64,000 nt of DNA, taken from an uncultured Gemmatimonadales bacterium (GTDB lineage: Bacteria > Gemmatimonadota > Gemmatimonadetes > Gemmatimonadales > GWC2-71-9). Both the position numbers and the translations under genes were made by a program. The notes beneath the pieces are model-generated. The model had not been told where the DNA came from and did not search any database. It saw only the letters and a list, made by a program, of their open reading frames with translations. The stretch's first letter is position 1; each line of letters begins with the position of its first letter. The stretch lies in NCBI GenBank assembly GCA_963720365.1, contig CAVRFK010000004.1:196236-260235 (forward strand), in the 5' to 3' direction. Below, piece after piece: positions 40,732-51,011 of the stretch.

Positions 40732-40812
40732 ATGGGGCTCATTCTAGCCTGGCTGCTGGGCGTACCCGGCATCATCATTGTCATACTGTTCCTGCTCGGC
40801 GTCGGCCACTAG
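40732..40812 (+). CDS. 26-aa single-TM small protein
   Basis: AAGGAG RBS; MGLILAWLLGVPGIIIVILFLLGVGH. Confidence 0.75.
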   Translation: MGLILAWLLGVPGIIIVILFLLGVGH

Positions 40813-40865
40813 AAGTCAGGACGCGCAGTCTCTCCGCCGGCATCGAATAGCGCGGGGGGCCGTAT

Positions 40866-40948
40866 GGTGCTCGGTGGAGCGGACGGCGGGAGCGACACCG
40901 GGCGCTACGGAGCCGCGCCCTGGCGTCGCTCCCGCCGCCCGCTCCACC
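40866..40948. repeat. Empty version of the 39602 hairpin element (cargo deleted)
   Basis: Same outer arms as 39602-39742 but ..GCTACGGA is joined almost directly to CGCGCCCTGG. Confidence 0.85.
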
Positions 40949-40997
40949 TAAACTCCGATCCCCCATGGTGAGCTTGCCCGCCATCCGCGGCGTTCGT

Positions 40998-41078
40998 GCC
41001 CAATAGCCGAGGTGCGGAGCCGCCGACGCGCATCGGCCACCGTACGGCGCCGGTGGCTCCGCACCTCGGCTATTGGGC
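40998..41078. repeat. 81-bp hairpin GCCCAATAGCC...GGCTATTGGGC, copy 1
   Basis: 24-bp perfect arms; near-identical direct copy at 43125-43205; left-end fragment at 41758-41772. Confidence 0.9.
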
Positions 41079-41117
41079 GGGCACACCCCTCGACAGCCGG
41101 ATTGAAAGGAACTCGGC

Positions 41118-41648
41118 ATGGCGAAGCTCGTGTTCGGAATGAACCAGTCCCTGGACGGCTACGTCGATCATATGGCGTTTGCGCCAGGCCCCACGCTCTT
41201 CCGCCACTTCATCGAGGAGGCCCAAGGGCAGGCGGGCAGCGTGTACGGGCGCACAATGTATGAGATCATGCGCTACTGGGACGACGATCATCCTGAATGG
41301 GATGCAGCGGAACACGCCTTCGCGGCGGCATGGCGGAAGCAGCCGAAATGGGTCGTCTCGCGCTCGTTGAAGTCCGTCGGCCCCAACGCCAGCCTTCTCG
41401 AGAGTGATCTCGAGGGCGCGATCCGCGGGCTGAAGGCCGAGCGCGACGGGGAGATCGAAGTGGCCGGCCCGGGCCTGGCGCATAGCCTCACCGAACTTGG
41501 CTTGATCGATGAGTATCGCATCTACTTGCACCCGGTCGTGCTTGGTCACGGCACGCCATACTTCGCCGGTCCCCGGCCGCCACTCCGCCTCATGACCAGT
41601 GATCGGATTGGCGAGGATGTGATCAGGTTGACCTACGTTCCTGCGTGA
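41118..41648 (+). CDS. Dihydrofolate reductase / RibD C-terminal family protein
   Basis: MNQSLDGYV, YGRTMYE, PKWVVSRSL, GLIDEYRIYLHPVVLGHG. Confidence 0.9.
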   Translation: MAKLVFGMNQSLDGYVDHMAFAPGPTLFRHFIEEAQGQAGSVYGRTMYEIMRYWDDDHPEWDAAEHAFAAAWRKQPKWVVSRSLKSVGPNASLLESDLEGAIRGLKAERDGEIEVAGPGLAHSLTELGLIDEYRIYLHPVVLGHGTPYFAGPRPPLRLMTSDRIGEDVIRLTYVPA

Positions 41649-41824
41649 TCTCGCGACTCGAGGCTGCACGGATACAGGTGCTGCCCGTGTCTCTGGACGT
41701 GGTTAGCGCGCCGTGCTCAGTGGATCGGACGGCGGATGTGTTGGCCATTCGCAGAGGTCGTGCCCAATAGCCAGCTATCGCGTCCTGCGGGCCGGCCGCT
41801 TGTACAACCGTCGTCCCTTCGCTG

Positions 41825-41974
41825 TCATCCTTTCCGCCTGGCCTTCGCGCCCTCTTTCCCGAGCGCGGTGCGCGTCTTCTTCGGCAGCTTCGAGATCGTC
41901 TTCTTCCGCCTGGCGGCCTTCGCGGCCTTCTTGATGTTGCGCCGCGCCGCCGACTTCTGTTTGCTGGTTGCCAT
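41825..41974 (-). CDS. 49-aa Lys/Arg/Ala-rich basic protein (not in ORF track)
   Basis: AAAGGA RBS; [49 protein letters not shown]. Confidence 0.8.
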   Translation of the reverse strand: MATSKQKSAARRNIKKAAKAARRKKTISKLPKKTRTALGKEGAKARRKG

Positions 41975-42185
41975 ATCGCGTTCCTTTCTCACGCTTCCTG
42001 CTAAACCTTGTCCGGCGCCTGCCGCCGCCTCGAACCTCTTCGGCCATTATCCGCGCACCAGGCAAGCTAGGCGCCGGGCAACTCCGACGACGCGATGCCG
42101 GGCATTGAACTCCCCGGCCACGAGCCGTACCATTCCACGGTCGTCGCAGAAGACCCGAAGGACAACAGTAGAGGGGAGGCTCCAC

Positions 42186-43061
42186 ATGGGCACCATCACT
42201 ACCAAAGACGGCGTTGAGATCTTCTACAAGGACTGGGGCAAAGGTCAGCCCATCGTGTTCAGCCACGGCTGGCCGCTGTCGGCCGACGACTGGGACACGC
42301 AGATGTTGTTCTTCCTGAGCCAGGGCTACCGCGTCATCGCCCACGACCGGCGGGGTCACGGCCGCTCCACCCAGACCGCCGACGGCCACGACATGGATCA
42401 CTACGCCGACGACCTCGCGGCGCTGACCGCGCACCTCGACCTCAAGGAAGCGGTGCACGTCGGCCACTCGACCGGTGGCGGCGAAGTGGTGCACTACCTG
42501 GCCCGCCACGGCGAAAGCCGGGTGGCCAAGGCGGTGATCATCAGCGCGGTGCCGCCGCTCATGGTGAAGACGGCGGCCAATCCTGGCGGGTTGCCCGAGG
42601 AAGTGTTCGATGGATTGCGGGCCCAGCTCGCCGCCAACCGAGCCCAGTTCTACTACGAGTTGCCGGCCGGGCCGTTCTACGGGTATAACCGGCCCGGGGC
42701 GAAGCCATCCCAGGGCGTGATCTGGAACTGGTGGCGCCAGGGCATGATGGGAGGCGCCAAGGCGCACTACGATGGCATCCGCGCCTTCTCGCAGACGGAC
42801 TTCACCGAAGACCTGAAGAAGATCACCGTGCCGGTCCTGGTGATGCATGGCGATGACGATCAGATCGTGCCATATGCCGATTCGGCGCCATTGTCGGCCA
42901 AGCTGTTGAAGAATGGCACGCTGAAGACCTACAAAGGCTTTCCCCACGGCATGCCCACGACCGAAGCCGACACGATCAACGCCGACCTGCTGGCCTTCCT
43001 GCAAGGGAAAGCGGCGGAGCGCCGACCCGAGTTGACGGCTGCCGGCTCGTCCAGGGCCTGA
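42186..43061 (+). CDS. cpo: Non-heme haloperoxidase / perhydrolase (alpha/beta hydrolase)
   Basis: [39 protein letters not shown]; GGAGG RBS. Confidence 0.92.
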   Translation: MGTITTKDGVEIFYKDWGKGQPIVFSHGWPLSADDWDTQMLFFLSQGYRVIAHDRRGHGRSTQTADGHDMDHYADDLAALTAHLDLKEAVHVGHSTGGGEVVHYLARHGESRVAKAVIISAVPPLMVKTAANPGGLPEEVFDGLRAQLAANRAQFYYELPAGPFYGYNRPGAKPSQGVIWNWWRQGMMGGAKAHYDGIRAFSQTDFTEDLKKITVPVLVMHGDDDQIVPYADSAPLSAKLLKNGTLKTYKGFPHGMPTTEADTINADLLAFLQGKAAERRPELTAAGSSRA

Positions 43062-43124
43062 TCGGCACGTCGACTCGCCCTCATCCGAGTGAGCGAGGGA
43101 TCGCCGTCCCTCCCGGAAAGTCGT

Positions 43125-43205
43125 GCCCAATAGCCGAGGTGCGGAGCCGCCGACGCGCATCGGCCGCCGTACGGCGCCGGCGGCTCCGCGTCTCGGCTAT
43201 TGGGC
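43125..43205. repeat. 81-bp hairpin, copy 2
   Basis: Near-identical to 40998-41078, same orientation. Confidence 0.9.
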
Positions 43206-43291
43206 GGGAACCATCACCCCGTTGAACCCCCCGCCCCCGGTGCGTACCCTTCTACGATCAGGCCATCCCGCAACGCACCGAGAAGGAACCC

Positions 43292-45555
43292 GTGCCCGGC
43301 TTCCCGACCGCCCTCGAGACCGGACTCGCCGACCGCTATCGCCTCGACCGAGAACTAGGCCGCGGCGGCATGGCGCGCGTCTACCTCGCCCACGACCTCA
43401 AGCACGACCGCCCCGTCGCGCTCAAGGTCCTCCACCCCGAGCTGAGCGCCACCCTCGGCGCCGAGCGCTTCCTGCGCGAGGTCCGCACCGCCGCCCGCCT
43501 CCAGCATCCCAACATCCTGCCGGTCCACGACTCCGGCGCCGTCGGCGACCACGACCTCCTCTGGTACACCATGCCGTACGTCGAAGGCGAGTCGCTGCGC
43601 GACCGCCTGCGCCGCGAGGGCCGCCTCTCGATCGAGGAATCAACTTCCATCGCCCGCGAGGTCGCCGAAGCACTCGACTACGCCCACGAGCGCGACGTCA
43701 TCCACCGCGACGTCAAGCCCGAGAACATCATGCTCTCCCGCGGCCACGCGCTCGTGGCCGACTTCGGCATCGCCCTCGCGGGCCGGCGCACCGACGGCCG
43801 ACGATCGCCTCACCGAAGTGGGCCTCGCGATCGGCACGCCGAGCTACATGAGCCCGGAACAGGCGAGCGGCGGCGACCAGCTCGACGCCCGGAGCGACGT
43901 CTACAGCCTCGGCTGCGTGCTGTACGAGATGCTCGTGGGCGAGCCGCCGTTCGCCGCGCCGACCGCGGCGGCGGTCATCGCCAAGCGGTTCACCGACACG
44001 GCGCCGGCCCCGTCCCGGAGCGGCACGGCCGTCCCGCCGGAGCTCGACCGCATCGTGCTCCAGGCGCTGGCGCGCGCGCCGTCCGACCGGTTCCCCGGCG
44101 CGGGCGCCATGGCGGCGGCGCTCCGCGAGGGCGAGCCGTGGGGCCGCACCTTCGGCCGGCGCGTGGCGTCAGGGCGGCGGCGAGGCCTCCATCGCCGTGC
44201 TGCCGCTCGCCAACCTGAGCCCGTCGCCGGAGAACGAGTTCTTCGCCGACGGCATGACCGACGAGCTGATCAACGAGCTGGCCAAGGTGCCGGGGCTGCA
44301 CGTGGTCTCGCGCACCTCGTGCTTCGCATTCAAGGGAAGGCCGGAGGACGCGCGCGAGATCGGCCGCCGGCTCCAGGTCCGCACCGTGCTGGAGGGCAGC
44401 GTGCGCCGGGCGGGCTCGCGGCTCCGGGTCTCGACCCAGCTCATCAACGTCGCCGACGGGTTCCTCCTGTGGTCGGAGAGCTTCGACCGCGAGGCGGAGG
44501 ACGTGTTCGCCATCCAGGACGAGATCGCCCGGGCCATCGGCGGCGCGCTGCGGCTCCGGCTGCTCGATCCGGAGCGCGCGTCCAGGCCCAAGCCGCCGAC
44601 CGACGACATCGAGGCGTACGGGCTCTACCTCAAGGGCCGGCACTTCTGGAATCGCCGGACGGAGCCGGACCTCCGGCTCGGCATGCAGTACTTCGAGCAG
44701 GCGCTGGCGCGGGATCCGGGCTTCGCGCTGGCGTACGCGGGGCTGGCGGACACCTGGGCGGTGCTCGGCTTCTACTCCGCGGTGCCGCCGGCCGACGCGT
44801 TCCCCAACGCCAAGCGCTACGCGCACGAGGCGCTCGCCCGCCAGCCTGGCCTCGCCGAGGCGTACCCGGCCATCGCCTACGCGGCGATGTACTACGACTG
44901 GGACTGGCCGGGCGCGGAGCGCGCGTTCCGCCGGGCCATCGAGCTGCACCCGGGCTACTCCAACGCGCACCAGTGGTACGGGAACTTCCTGTCGGTCATG
45001 GGGCGGGCGGAGGAGTCGGTGGCGGAGTTCGAGTACGCGCTCTCGCTCGACCCGCTCTCCGCGCTCCGGCACGCCGCGCTCGGCTGGGGCTGCTACTTCG
45101 CGCGGCGGTACGAGCGCGGGGTGGCGGAGTGCCGGCGGGCGATCGAGCTGGAGCCGAGCAACGTGGTGGCGCACGCGTGGCTGGCGATGGGGCTGGAGGC
45201 GACGGGGCGGATGGAGGAGGCGGTGACGGCGGCGGAGGAGATGGCGAGGCTGTCGGGTCGGGGGATGTCGAGTCTGGGGTTTCTGGGGCATGCGTATGCG
45301 GTGGGGGGGCGGGCGGCGGAGGCGCGGGGGGTGTTGGGGGAGATGATGAAGCTGGCGGAGACGCGGTATACGTCGCAGTACGATATCGCGCTCACGCACC
45401 TGGGGCTGGGGGAGCAGGACGAGGCGATCGCGTGGCTGGAGCGGGGGTATGAGGGGCGGGATCATCAGATGGTGTTTTTGAAGGTGGATCCGCGGTTGGA
45501 TGGGGTGCGGGGGAGGAGGGATTTTGGGAGGGTGATGGAGAGGATGCGGTACTGA
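43292..45555 (+). CDS. Ser/Thr kinase + TolB-like + TPR protein (frameshifts near 43800 and 44170)
   Basis: GRGGMA, VALK, HRDVKPEN, DFG, GTPSYMSPE; SIAVLPLAN, FADGMTDELI, VLEGSVRR; TPRs. Confidence 0.9.
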
Positions 45556-45652
45556 CATGTCGGCGCTCCTAAGGCACAGCCAGCGGCAGGATGGTCATGC
45601 GACTTACGCGCTCCTCGGCAGGATTGGAGGCCTTCCATCTTCCGAGTGCGGC

Positions 45653-45913
45653 GTGCCAGAGATATCCCGGTTCCTCGGTATCACCATCCACATGTATTGG
45701 GACGATCACGGGGCACCCCACTTTCATGCGGTCTATGGCGAACACGAGGCGAAGCTCCTGATCTCGCCGGTATCGCTGATGGCCGGACGCTTGTCGCCTC
45801 GTGTGCTGGCAGTTATCGTCGAATGGGCCAGCAGACACGAGGCGGAGCTGCTGGAGAACTGGGACCGCTGCAGGCGCGGGGAAACACCAGTCCGGATTCC
45901 GCCGCTGGAGTGA
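45653..45913 (+). CDS. DUF4160 family putative toxin
   Basis: VPEISRFLGITIHMYWDDHGAPHFHAVYG...EWASRHEAELLENW...IPPLE. Confidence 0.88.
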   Translation: MPEISRFLGITIHMYWDDHGAPHFHAVYGEHEAKLLISPVSLMAGRLSPRVLAVIVEWASRHEAELLENWDRCRRGETPVRIPPLE

Positions 45914-45916
45914 ACA

Positions 45917-46192
45917 GTGCTGCCGATTTACCCGCGCGTCACGAGTGTCTCGGCGCTCCCCCAGTACCATCTCGAGATCGGGTTCGCGGATGGGAGCCGG
46001 GGAGTGGTGGACTGCTCTCACCTGATCCTCCGGGCGGAGCCCGGCGTCTTTGCCGCGCTGCGCGATCCAGCGGAGTTCGCCAAGGTCTACGTGCACCCTG
46101 AATCCCGCACAGTAACCTGGGCAAACGATGTAGACCTCGATCCGGATGTTCTCTACGCTCGCGCCCACGCCATTCCGATCCCGGATGAGTGA
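45917..46192 (+). CDS. DUF2442 family putative antitoxin
   Basis: YHLEIGFADG, GVFAALRDPAEF, TVTWANDVDLDPDVLY; directly after DUF4160. Confidence 0.88.
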   Translation: MLPIYPRVTSVSALPQYHLEIGFADGSRGVVDCSHLILRAEPGVFAALRDPAEFAKVYVHPESRTVTWANDVDLDPDVLYARAHAIPIPDE

Positions 46193-46384
46193 GATCGTCA
46201 GGCCGCGTACACGCTGTCTCTGTGCCACGCCAGGTACCCCGGATCCGGCTGGAGCCACTCATCCTCGCCCTAGGAGCCTAGGTCTAAGTTCTTGCCTACA
46301 AGGAGTTGCCCTGTCGTCGGAATGGCGCTGGAGCCATGAGCCGGGCAACGTACCGACAAACGTGAGCGTAGCTGGTAGCGTGGT

Positions 46385-47196
46385 TCACTCCATTAGACGG
46401 AACCAGTCCTTGACGCTGAGACGCAGGCGCAGAACCTCATCGTCCGCCAGTAGGTTGAACCTGGGTTTCAGCCGATCCATCCACCCCGTAACGTGAGCCG
46501 GAGTTACCATAGCGTCGAACCGATTGGAGAAGCCCGCCACCCCCGTCTCAACCAGGCAGTAGAGATAAACCACGAACGCCACGAGATCCGACAGCTGGAT
46601 GAAGTAGGAGTCCCTGGAGTCCTTCGGAAGGGGATCCTCGATCAGCGACTTTATGTCTCTGCGATAAGCGTTTGGGCCAAACTTGGAGGGGATGAAGTTG
46701 ACCCTCTGCATTCGCCTCGCAGTCGCCCGCATCTTCGACACCCTTCCATCATCAGTAATCATCAGGAACCGAGCCGTGGGGTTTCTACCTGGATCGAGGT
46801 CATTTTCGATTCGCTGGATGCTCATCTTCATCGCCCAATCAAGAACGCGGTACTCTGACATCTGAATCCTTGGCTTGACGATGACGGCATTGACGAACTT
46901 TAGCTCGAGGGGAAGCGATCAGATCGCAAAAGGCGGACATCACCGCGATTCGCTCGGCGTCGGGGAAACCAAATGGACGGTATGGGTTTTTGTTGAGGAG
47001 GAAGTACTTCGCGTGAAACTCCAGCTTGACTGGAAGTCCCATCTCCCTCTTGAGCTGCCGACGGAACTCGAGAATCTGCTCGAACGCTGCCCTCCAGTTG
47101 AGATAGTGGAGGTAGCCTGCGCTGAGCGCGAAGAGCGGCGACGAAGTGTTTTGGATAACCATCGTCCCCGGATTCGTCCAGATAGGCGAGGTGCAT
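46385..47196 (-). CDS. DUF3800 family protein (two frameshifts; intact gene or pseudogene)
   Basis: YLDESGD, EFHA, ITDDG, IEDP..KDS..SYFIQLSDLVAF spread over three frames. Confidence 0.8.
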
Positions 47197-47260
47197 TGCA
47201 ATCCTGCTGATCAGGGGGACAGCAATTCAGATCGCCAGCTGACTCTTGGAGTCTCCCGCG

Positions 47261-47548
47261 TTAGGGGCACTCGGGGAGACTGAGCAGGTTATCCGGCTGA
47301 TCCCCATCCGCAGTTGTCTTTAGGTACTTATTGCCGTATCTACTGACCGCAACGATCACGTCGACGACATGCCCGCCGCGGCTGACGTAGAACGACCACT
47401 TCCCGCCTTCAATACCTTCAATGGCCTCCGTCTGACTGAGCTTCCACGGGGTCGAGTTGTTGTTTGCTCCACCTACGTGGGTAATTCGTTCATGTGGATT
47501 GAACCGATCTGACTTGTTGATACAGCGAATCTCATGACGTGACGCCAT
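47261..47548 (-). CDS. DUF3892 family protein
   Basis: CINKSDRFNPHERITHVGG, FYV, KYLKTTADGDQPDNLLSLPECP; GGAG RBS. Confidence 0.88.
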   Translation of the reverse strand: MASRHEIRCINKSDRFNPHERITHVGGANNNSTPWKLSQTEAIEGIEGGKWSFYVSRGGHVVDVIVAVSRYGNKYLKTTADGDQPDNLLSLPECP

Positions 47549-47844
47549 TCAGCTCCCCAATCCTGGATTCCTTGGTCTTTCAGCTATGATGGACGTGTCG
47601 ATGTTTCCGAAGGGCCCGGCGGCCGCCATGATACCGCATCAGCCGACGCTCCGCCAGACAAAATCGCGCCAAATGTCGTATTAACTACCCGGCGGCTTGG
47701 CGAGGCTCGGCTGCCGATGCCGACGTTGTCCAAAACGAAGCACAACTGGTGCTCCAACGACACCACCTTAAACGGCCGGCTCACCTCACGGAGGCCAGGC
47801 AGCCCGTCCGACCGGCACGGCACCGGTAGAGACTCGTTGCAACC

Positions 47845-49491
47845 TCACCGCAGCAGGCTTACGACCTCTTCGCTCCTCCGCTGGAACCCCGTCGCAGCCT
47901 CGGCCACCCGCTGCGTACTCAACCTGAGCGCGACCTTCATGACCTCATCCTCCGCCTTTTCCCCATCCCGACGAGCCTCAGCGGTCGGCTCAGGATAACG
48001 TTCCCTCATGGCGTAGAGCGCAGCACCGAGCGTCCCGTCGACCAGCGCATTGGCAAGGAATACTCCGGCAGGATCCCACTCGAACGGCGGCGGGTCAGGT
48101 ATTGGCGGCCATGGCCTGATCCACTCCACCATCTTCACCGTCTTGAACCAGTCCAGGACCCACTGGAATCCCTGGCATTGGGAAGCAATACGCCCAAGCA
48201 CGTCTCGCGCAACCACGCCGATGCGGAGAATCTCGGACAGCTCCAATTCCGCGAACCGCACTGGTCGAAGGTCCATCGCGATCCGATGATCCCACCGGAC
48301 TGCCCAGAGAGCTCGCCAGCGCATGCACGCATGCCGTTCCGGTCGGGCCATCCAGACGGCGATGTTGCGAAAGTACGTCTTCACGTCCTCATACTTGGCG
48401 AGTCCGGCCGCCGACCCATAGAATCCCAGACGCTGATCCGGAAACGCGGCGCTCGGATCCCCTCTCAAATTGATGTTGAAGAAGTGATGCCACGTCGCGT
48501 CCGTGACCACCCGGCCCACCCCCACCTGATGTCCGTCATATGCTCCTACCGTCCCGAAGGTGGCCGGAGCCGCCGAACCTTTGCCGGATAGGCCGGCGCC
48601 GGTGCGGGCATACGCGACCACTTCCGGAGCCAGCGCTTGGCCGGAAGGCAAAGAGGGGTACTCGGTGATGCTGAAGCCACTGAAAGTGAAGGTCGCCGTG
48701 AGATCGGTCGGGACGTAGCACTCGCCTTCATGCGGATGATCGGGCATGTAACGCAGCCGCCCTCCCGGACCGCACATCAGCGGATGGGGGTAGACGATGC
48801 GCCGAAACAGGTACGGCGAAGAGCTGAAGTAGAGCTTCGGGAAGATCTCCTGAGGAACGTCGTCCGATTGATCTTCAAACTGGATGTCGGGGGTGTTGCC
48901 TACCCTGTTGGTATCGAGCCGCGTGGGTCCGTCTACCTTGGGTGCAACGGGCTCCCCGTTCGGCCCAGGGTTAGGCCAGTGCCATTTGCGCATGCTTCGG
49001 ACCCGCGGAATCCTCCCACACATATCGACGCCGAGGTCTTCGTGATCTCCCGTTGCGAATACGCCGCCGCCGCCATTCATGAACTCCGAGATGGCGCGTA
49101 GCTCTGCCTCGGAGATCGGCGTAAATCCACCTCGGGATACGGCGAAGAGCCAGATCTCGTCGAATTGCTGAAGGTCCGTCGTATCGAAACGAAAACTGGA
49201 TATGTCCGCGTTGGCGGCGCCGGCGCTTCGATGCGCCTTGGTCACAGCAAAACGCACATACGGTCCTGGACTGACCGACAATACGCTCAACAGTTCGGTC
49301 AGTCCAAAAGCGGCGTCCGTAAACGATCCGCCGGAATCCGTGACGATCAGGATGTGAACCGTGCACGGCCTGAAGAAGATCGGATACAGGAGCTCCGGAA
49401 ACGTCGTAAACGCTAGATGTCGGTCGACTTTGGCTCGTTCGAAGAGCGCCTTGTCGAGCTCGGGCAGAGTCTTTGGTTCAGGCATGGACAC
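47845..49491 (-). CDS. Hypothetical 548-aa protein, probable class I GATase-like fold
   Basis: Long clean ORF; FDEIWLF..AISEFMNGGGGVFATGDH, PDHPHEGEC, GRVVTDATWHHF. Confidence 0.75.
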   Translation of the reverse strand: MSMPEPKTLPELDKALFERAKVDRHLAFTTFPELLYPIFFRPCTVHILIVTDSGGSFTDAAFGLTELLSVLSVSPGPYVRFAVTKAHRSAGAANADISSFRFDTTDLQQFDEIWLFAVSRGGFTPISEAELRAISEFMNGGGGVFATGDHEDLGVDMCGRIPRVRSMRKWHWPNPGPNGEPVAPKVDGPTRLDTNRVGNTPDIQFEDQSDDVPQEIFPKLYFSSSPYLFRRIVYPHPLMCGPGGRLRYMPDHPHEGECYVPTDLTATFTFSGFSITEYPSLPSGQALAPEVVAYARTGAGLSGKGSAAPATFGTVGAYDGHQVGVGRVVTDATWHHFFNINLRGDPSAAFPDQRLGFYGSAAGLAKYEDVKTYFRNIAVWMARPERHACMRWRALWAVRWDHRIAMDLRPVRFAELELSEILRIGVVARDVLGRIASQCQGFQWVLDWFKTVKMVEWIRPWPPIPDPPPFEWDPAGVFLANALVDGTLGAALYAMRERYPEPTAEARRDGEKAEDEVMKVALRLSTQRVAEAATGFQRRSEEVVSLLR

Positions 49492-49576
49492 CCCCTGAAG
49501 GAGGAACGCATGCCCGCACCCTATGGGGGAGGCGCAGCTGGGCGTGATCGGCCTAGGGTAGCGGGCCTAGTGGGAT

Positions 49577-49667
49577 GCCTGAGATAGGATGCCGGTACCA
49601 GCCTTTCTAGGCCCTTTTTGCGACACTGGAGGGCCGAAACGCGACATGGACGGACAGTTTTGCGACA
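49577..49667 (-). promoter_or_regulatory. Promoter with three TGTCGC boxes at 21-bp period
   Basis: GCGACA at 49620, 49641, 49662; minus strand continues AGGGCCTAG..CCTATCTCAGGC. Confidence 0.7.
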
Positions 49668-49752
49668 CGCGGCCGGGGCACAGGCAACGAGTACGTTAGG
49701 GCAAGACTGCTCGGGCATTAGCGACGACTAACCCGAGGCCGACCGACGAGGG

Positions 49753-50268
49753 TTACTGCTCCACCAAGAGCCAGGCCTGATTTGAACGCACGGTGCGATC
49801 TGGCGTAACTCCAGGACCACTGATCATCGGGATCCCAACGATGGAATACGAACCGGGCGTCCTCAGATCATACCCCCACTCTTCCAGGCTCACCCACTCT
49901 TTGCCTTGAGAGTTGCGAAGTATCAGTTCTTTGCCGGGGTCGAGCCTGACCTTTGCCACCGCAAGGGAGGGCTGCCGCCAGCCAGTGGGCTTGATTGCTG
50001 TGCGCGTAGCATCGAGCACGCGCAAGCCCACTTGACGAGCGGCTGAGAGATAGGTGAAGGCAACCGGTTCGCTCGAGACGTTGCGCAACGTAACTCGGAC
50101 CATAGCCGGATTGCCCACACGCACAGTCTGCTTCTTGACCTCGATGTGGGCGCGTACGCTGCTGGCACTGGACGTTAGTATCTGCACGCGCTTGGCTTGC
50201 GCGTGAAGTGTCACGGCGCCCAGGCTCGGGAACACGATCAACACTAACAGCAGTGAGGCTGGTCGCAT
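49753..50268 (-). CDS. Hypothetical secreted beta-sandwich protein
   Basis: Signal peptide MRPASLLLVLIVFPSLGAVTLHAQ; VRVTLRNVS, YDLRTPGSYSI, VRSN. Confidence 0.7.
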   Translation of the reverse strand: MRPASLLLVLIVFPSLGAVTLHAQAKRVQILTSSASSVRAHIEVKKQTVRVGNPAMVRVTLRNVSSEPVAFTYLSAARQVGLRVLDATRTAIKPTGWRQPSLAVAKVRLDPGKELILRNSQGKEWVSLEEWGYDLRTPGSYSIVGIPMISGPGVTPDRTVRSNQAWLLVEQ

Positions 50269-50343
50269 CGGTCCGGACTTAAGCTGGCCGAGGGTGTGAG
50301 CTCGTTTCATCCTGCCCACGCCCTCGGCAGTGGAAGCCTTATC

Positions 50344-50769
50344 CTATGGGATTAGGTCGATTCCAACCGTCTGCAAGAGAGTAGTCTTGCTCACATTGGT
50401 GTAGATCTTTAGTGACGCTGGCCCGGTGGTGCACTTAACGACCCTAAACGCGCTGTTAGCTGCCACGTGTTGGAGGTCAGTGCAGGGTTGCGCGTTGAAC
50501 CCAGCAGAACCGGCTGACCCCTGCGTGATCTCGCCATACGCGTTCAAACAGTCAGCGGCGTTCGAAGGGTTGAAGAGCCTGACGCCGTTTACGGGAATAC
50601 TGATCTCGCCTGAAGGCGTGAAACTGCAATTCGCATTGGCGCTGGCGGTGGGAAGCCCTGCGACTGGTGTCAAGTCACTGCCTGGCCCCGCGATCTCCTG
50701 GTCGCTGCACGCCGCGATAGCTGCGGCGACAACGAATGCCGCAGTGCCAGCAAGCAACAAGTTCCGCAT
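50344..50769 (-). CDS. Hypothetical lipoprotein with four further Cys
   Basis: AAGGA RBS; MRNLLLAG...AIAAC lipobox. Confidence 0.75.
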   Translation of the reverse strand: MRNLLLAGTAAFVVAAAIAACSDQEIAGPGSDLTPVAGLPTASANANCSFTPSGEISIPVNGVRLFNPSNAADCLNAYGEITQGSAGSAGFNAQPCTDLQHVAANSAFRVVKCTTGPASLKIYTNVSKTTLLQTVGIDLIP

Positions 50770-50823
50770 GATTGCCGTCCTTACCCCGTCTGGGGAGAAA
50801 AAAAAGGGAGTTCAGGGGGGGGA

Positions 50824-50892
50824 GCCTAGAATAGGGAATCATTTGGTCTTGCCTAGGCCCTGCGTGCGACATTGTGGGACTGTTTTGCGACA
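50824..50892 (-). promoter_or_regulatory. Promoter with two TGTCGC boxes at 21-bp period
   Basis: GCGACA at 50866 and 50887; minus strand continues AGGGCCTAG..CCTATTCTAGGC. Confidence 0.7.
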
Positions 50893-51011
50893 AGCGTGCG
50901 GCAGAATGTGCCGCTCTATCGGTATTGCGGCCTCCCGCTCAAAAACACACCGCCGCCGACAGTCGCGACCATCGGCGGCGGCTCACCACTCAGTACTTCC
51001 ACCTACCGGCC

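Noticed and set aside
47584-47823. 79-aa ORF between DUF3892 and the 548-aa gene
   Set aside because: No RBS, no motif and non-coding-like composition.
45557-50900. Integron cassette array in the low-GC segment
   Set aside because: Isolated GTTAGGG/CCCTAAC words (near 47260 and 49695) do not pair into attC stems, and there is no integrase.
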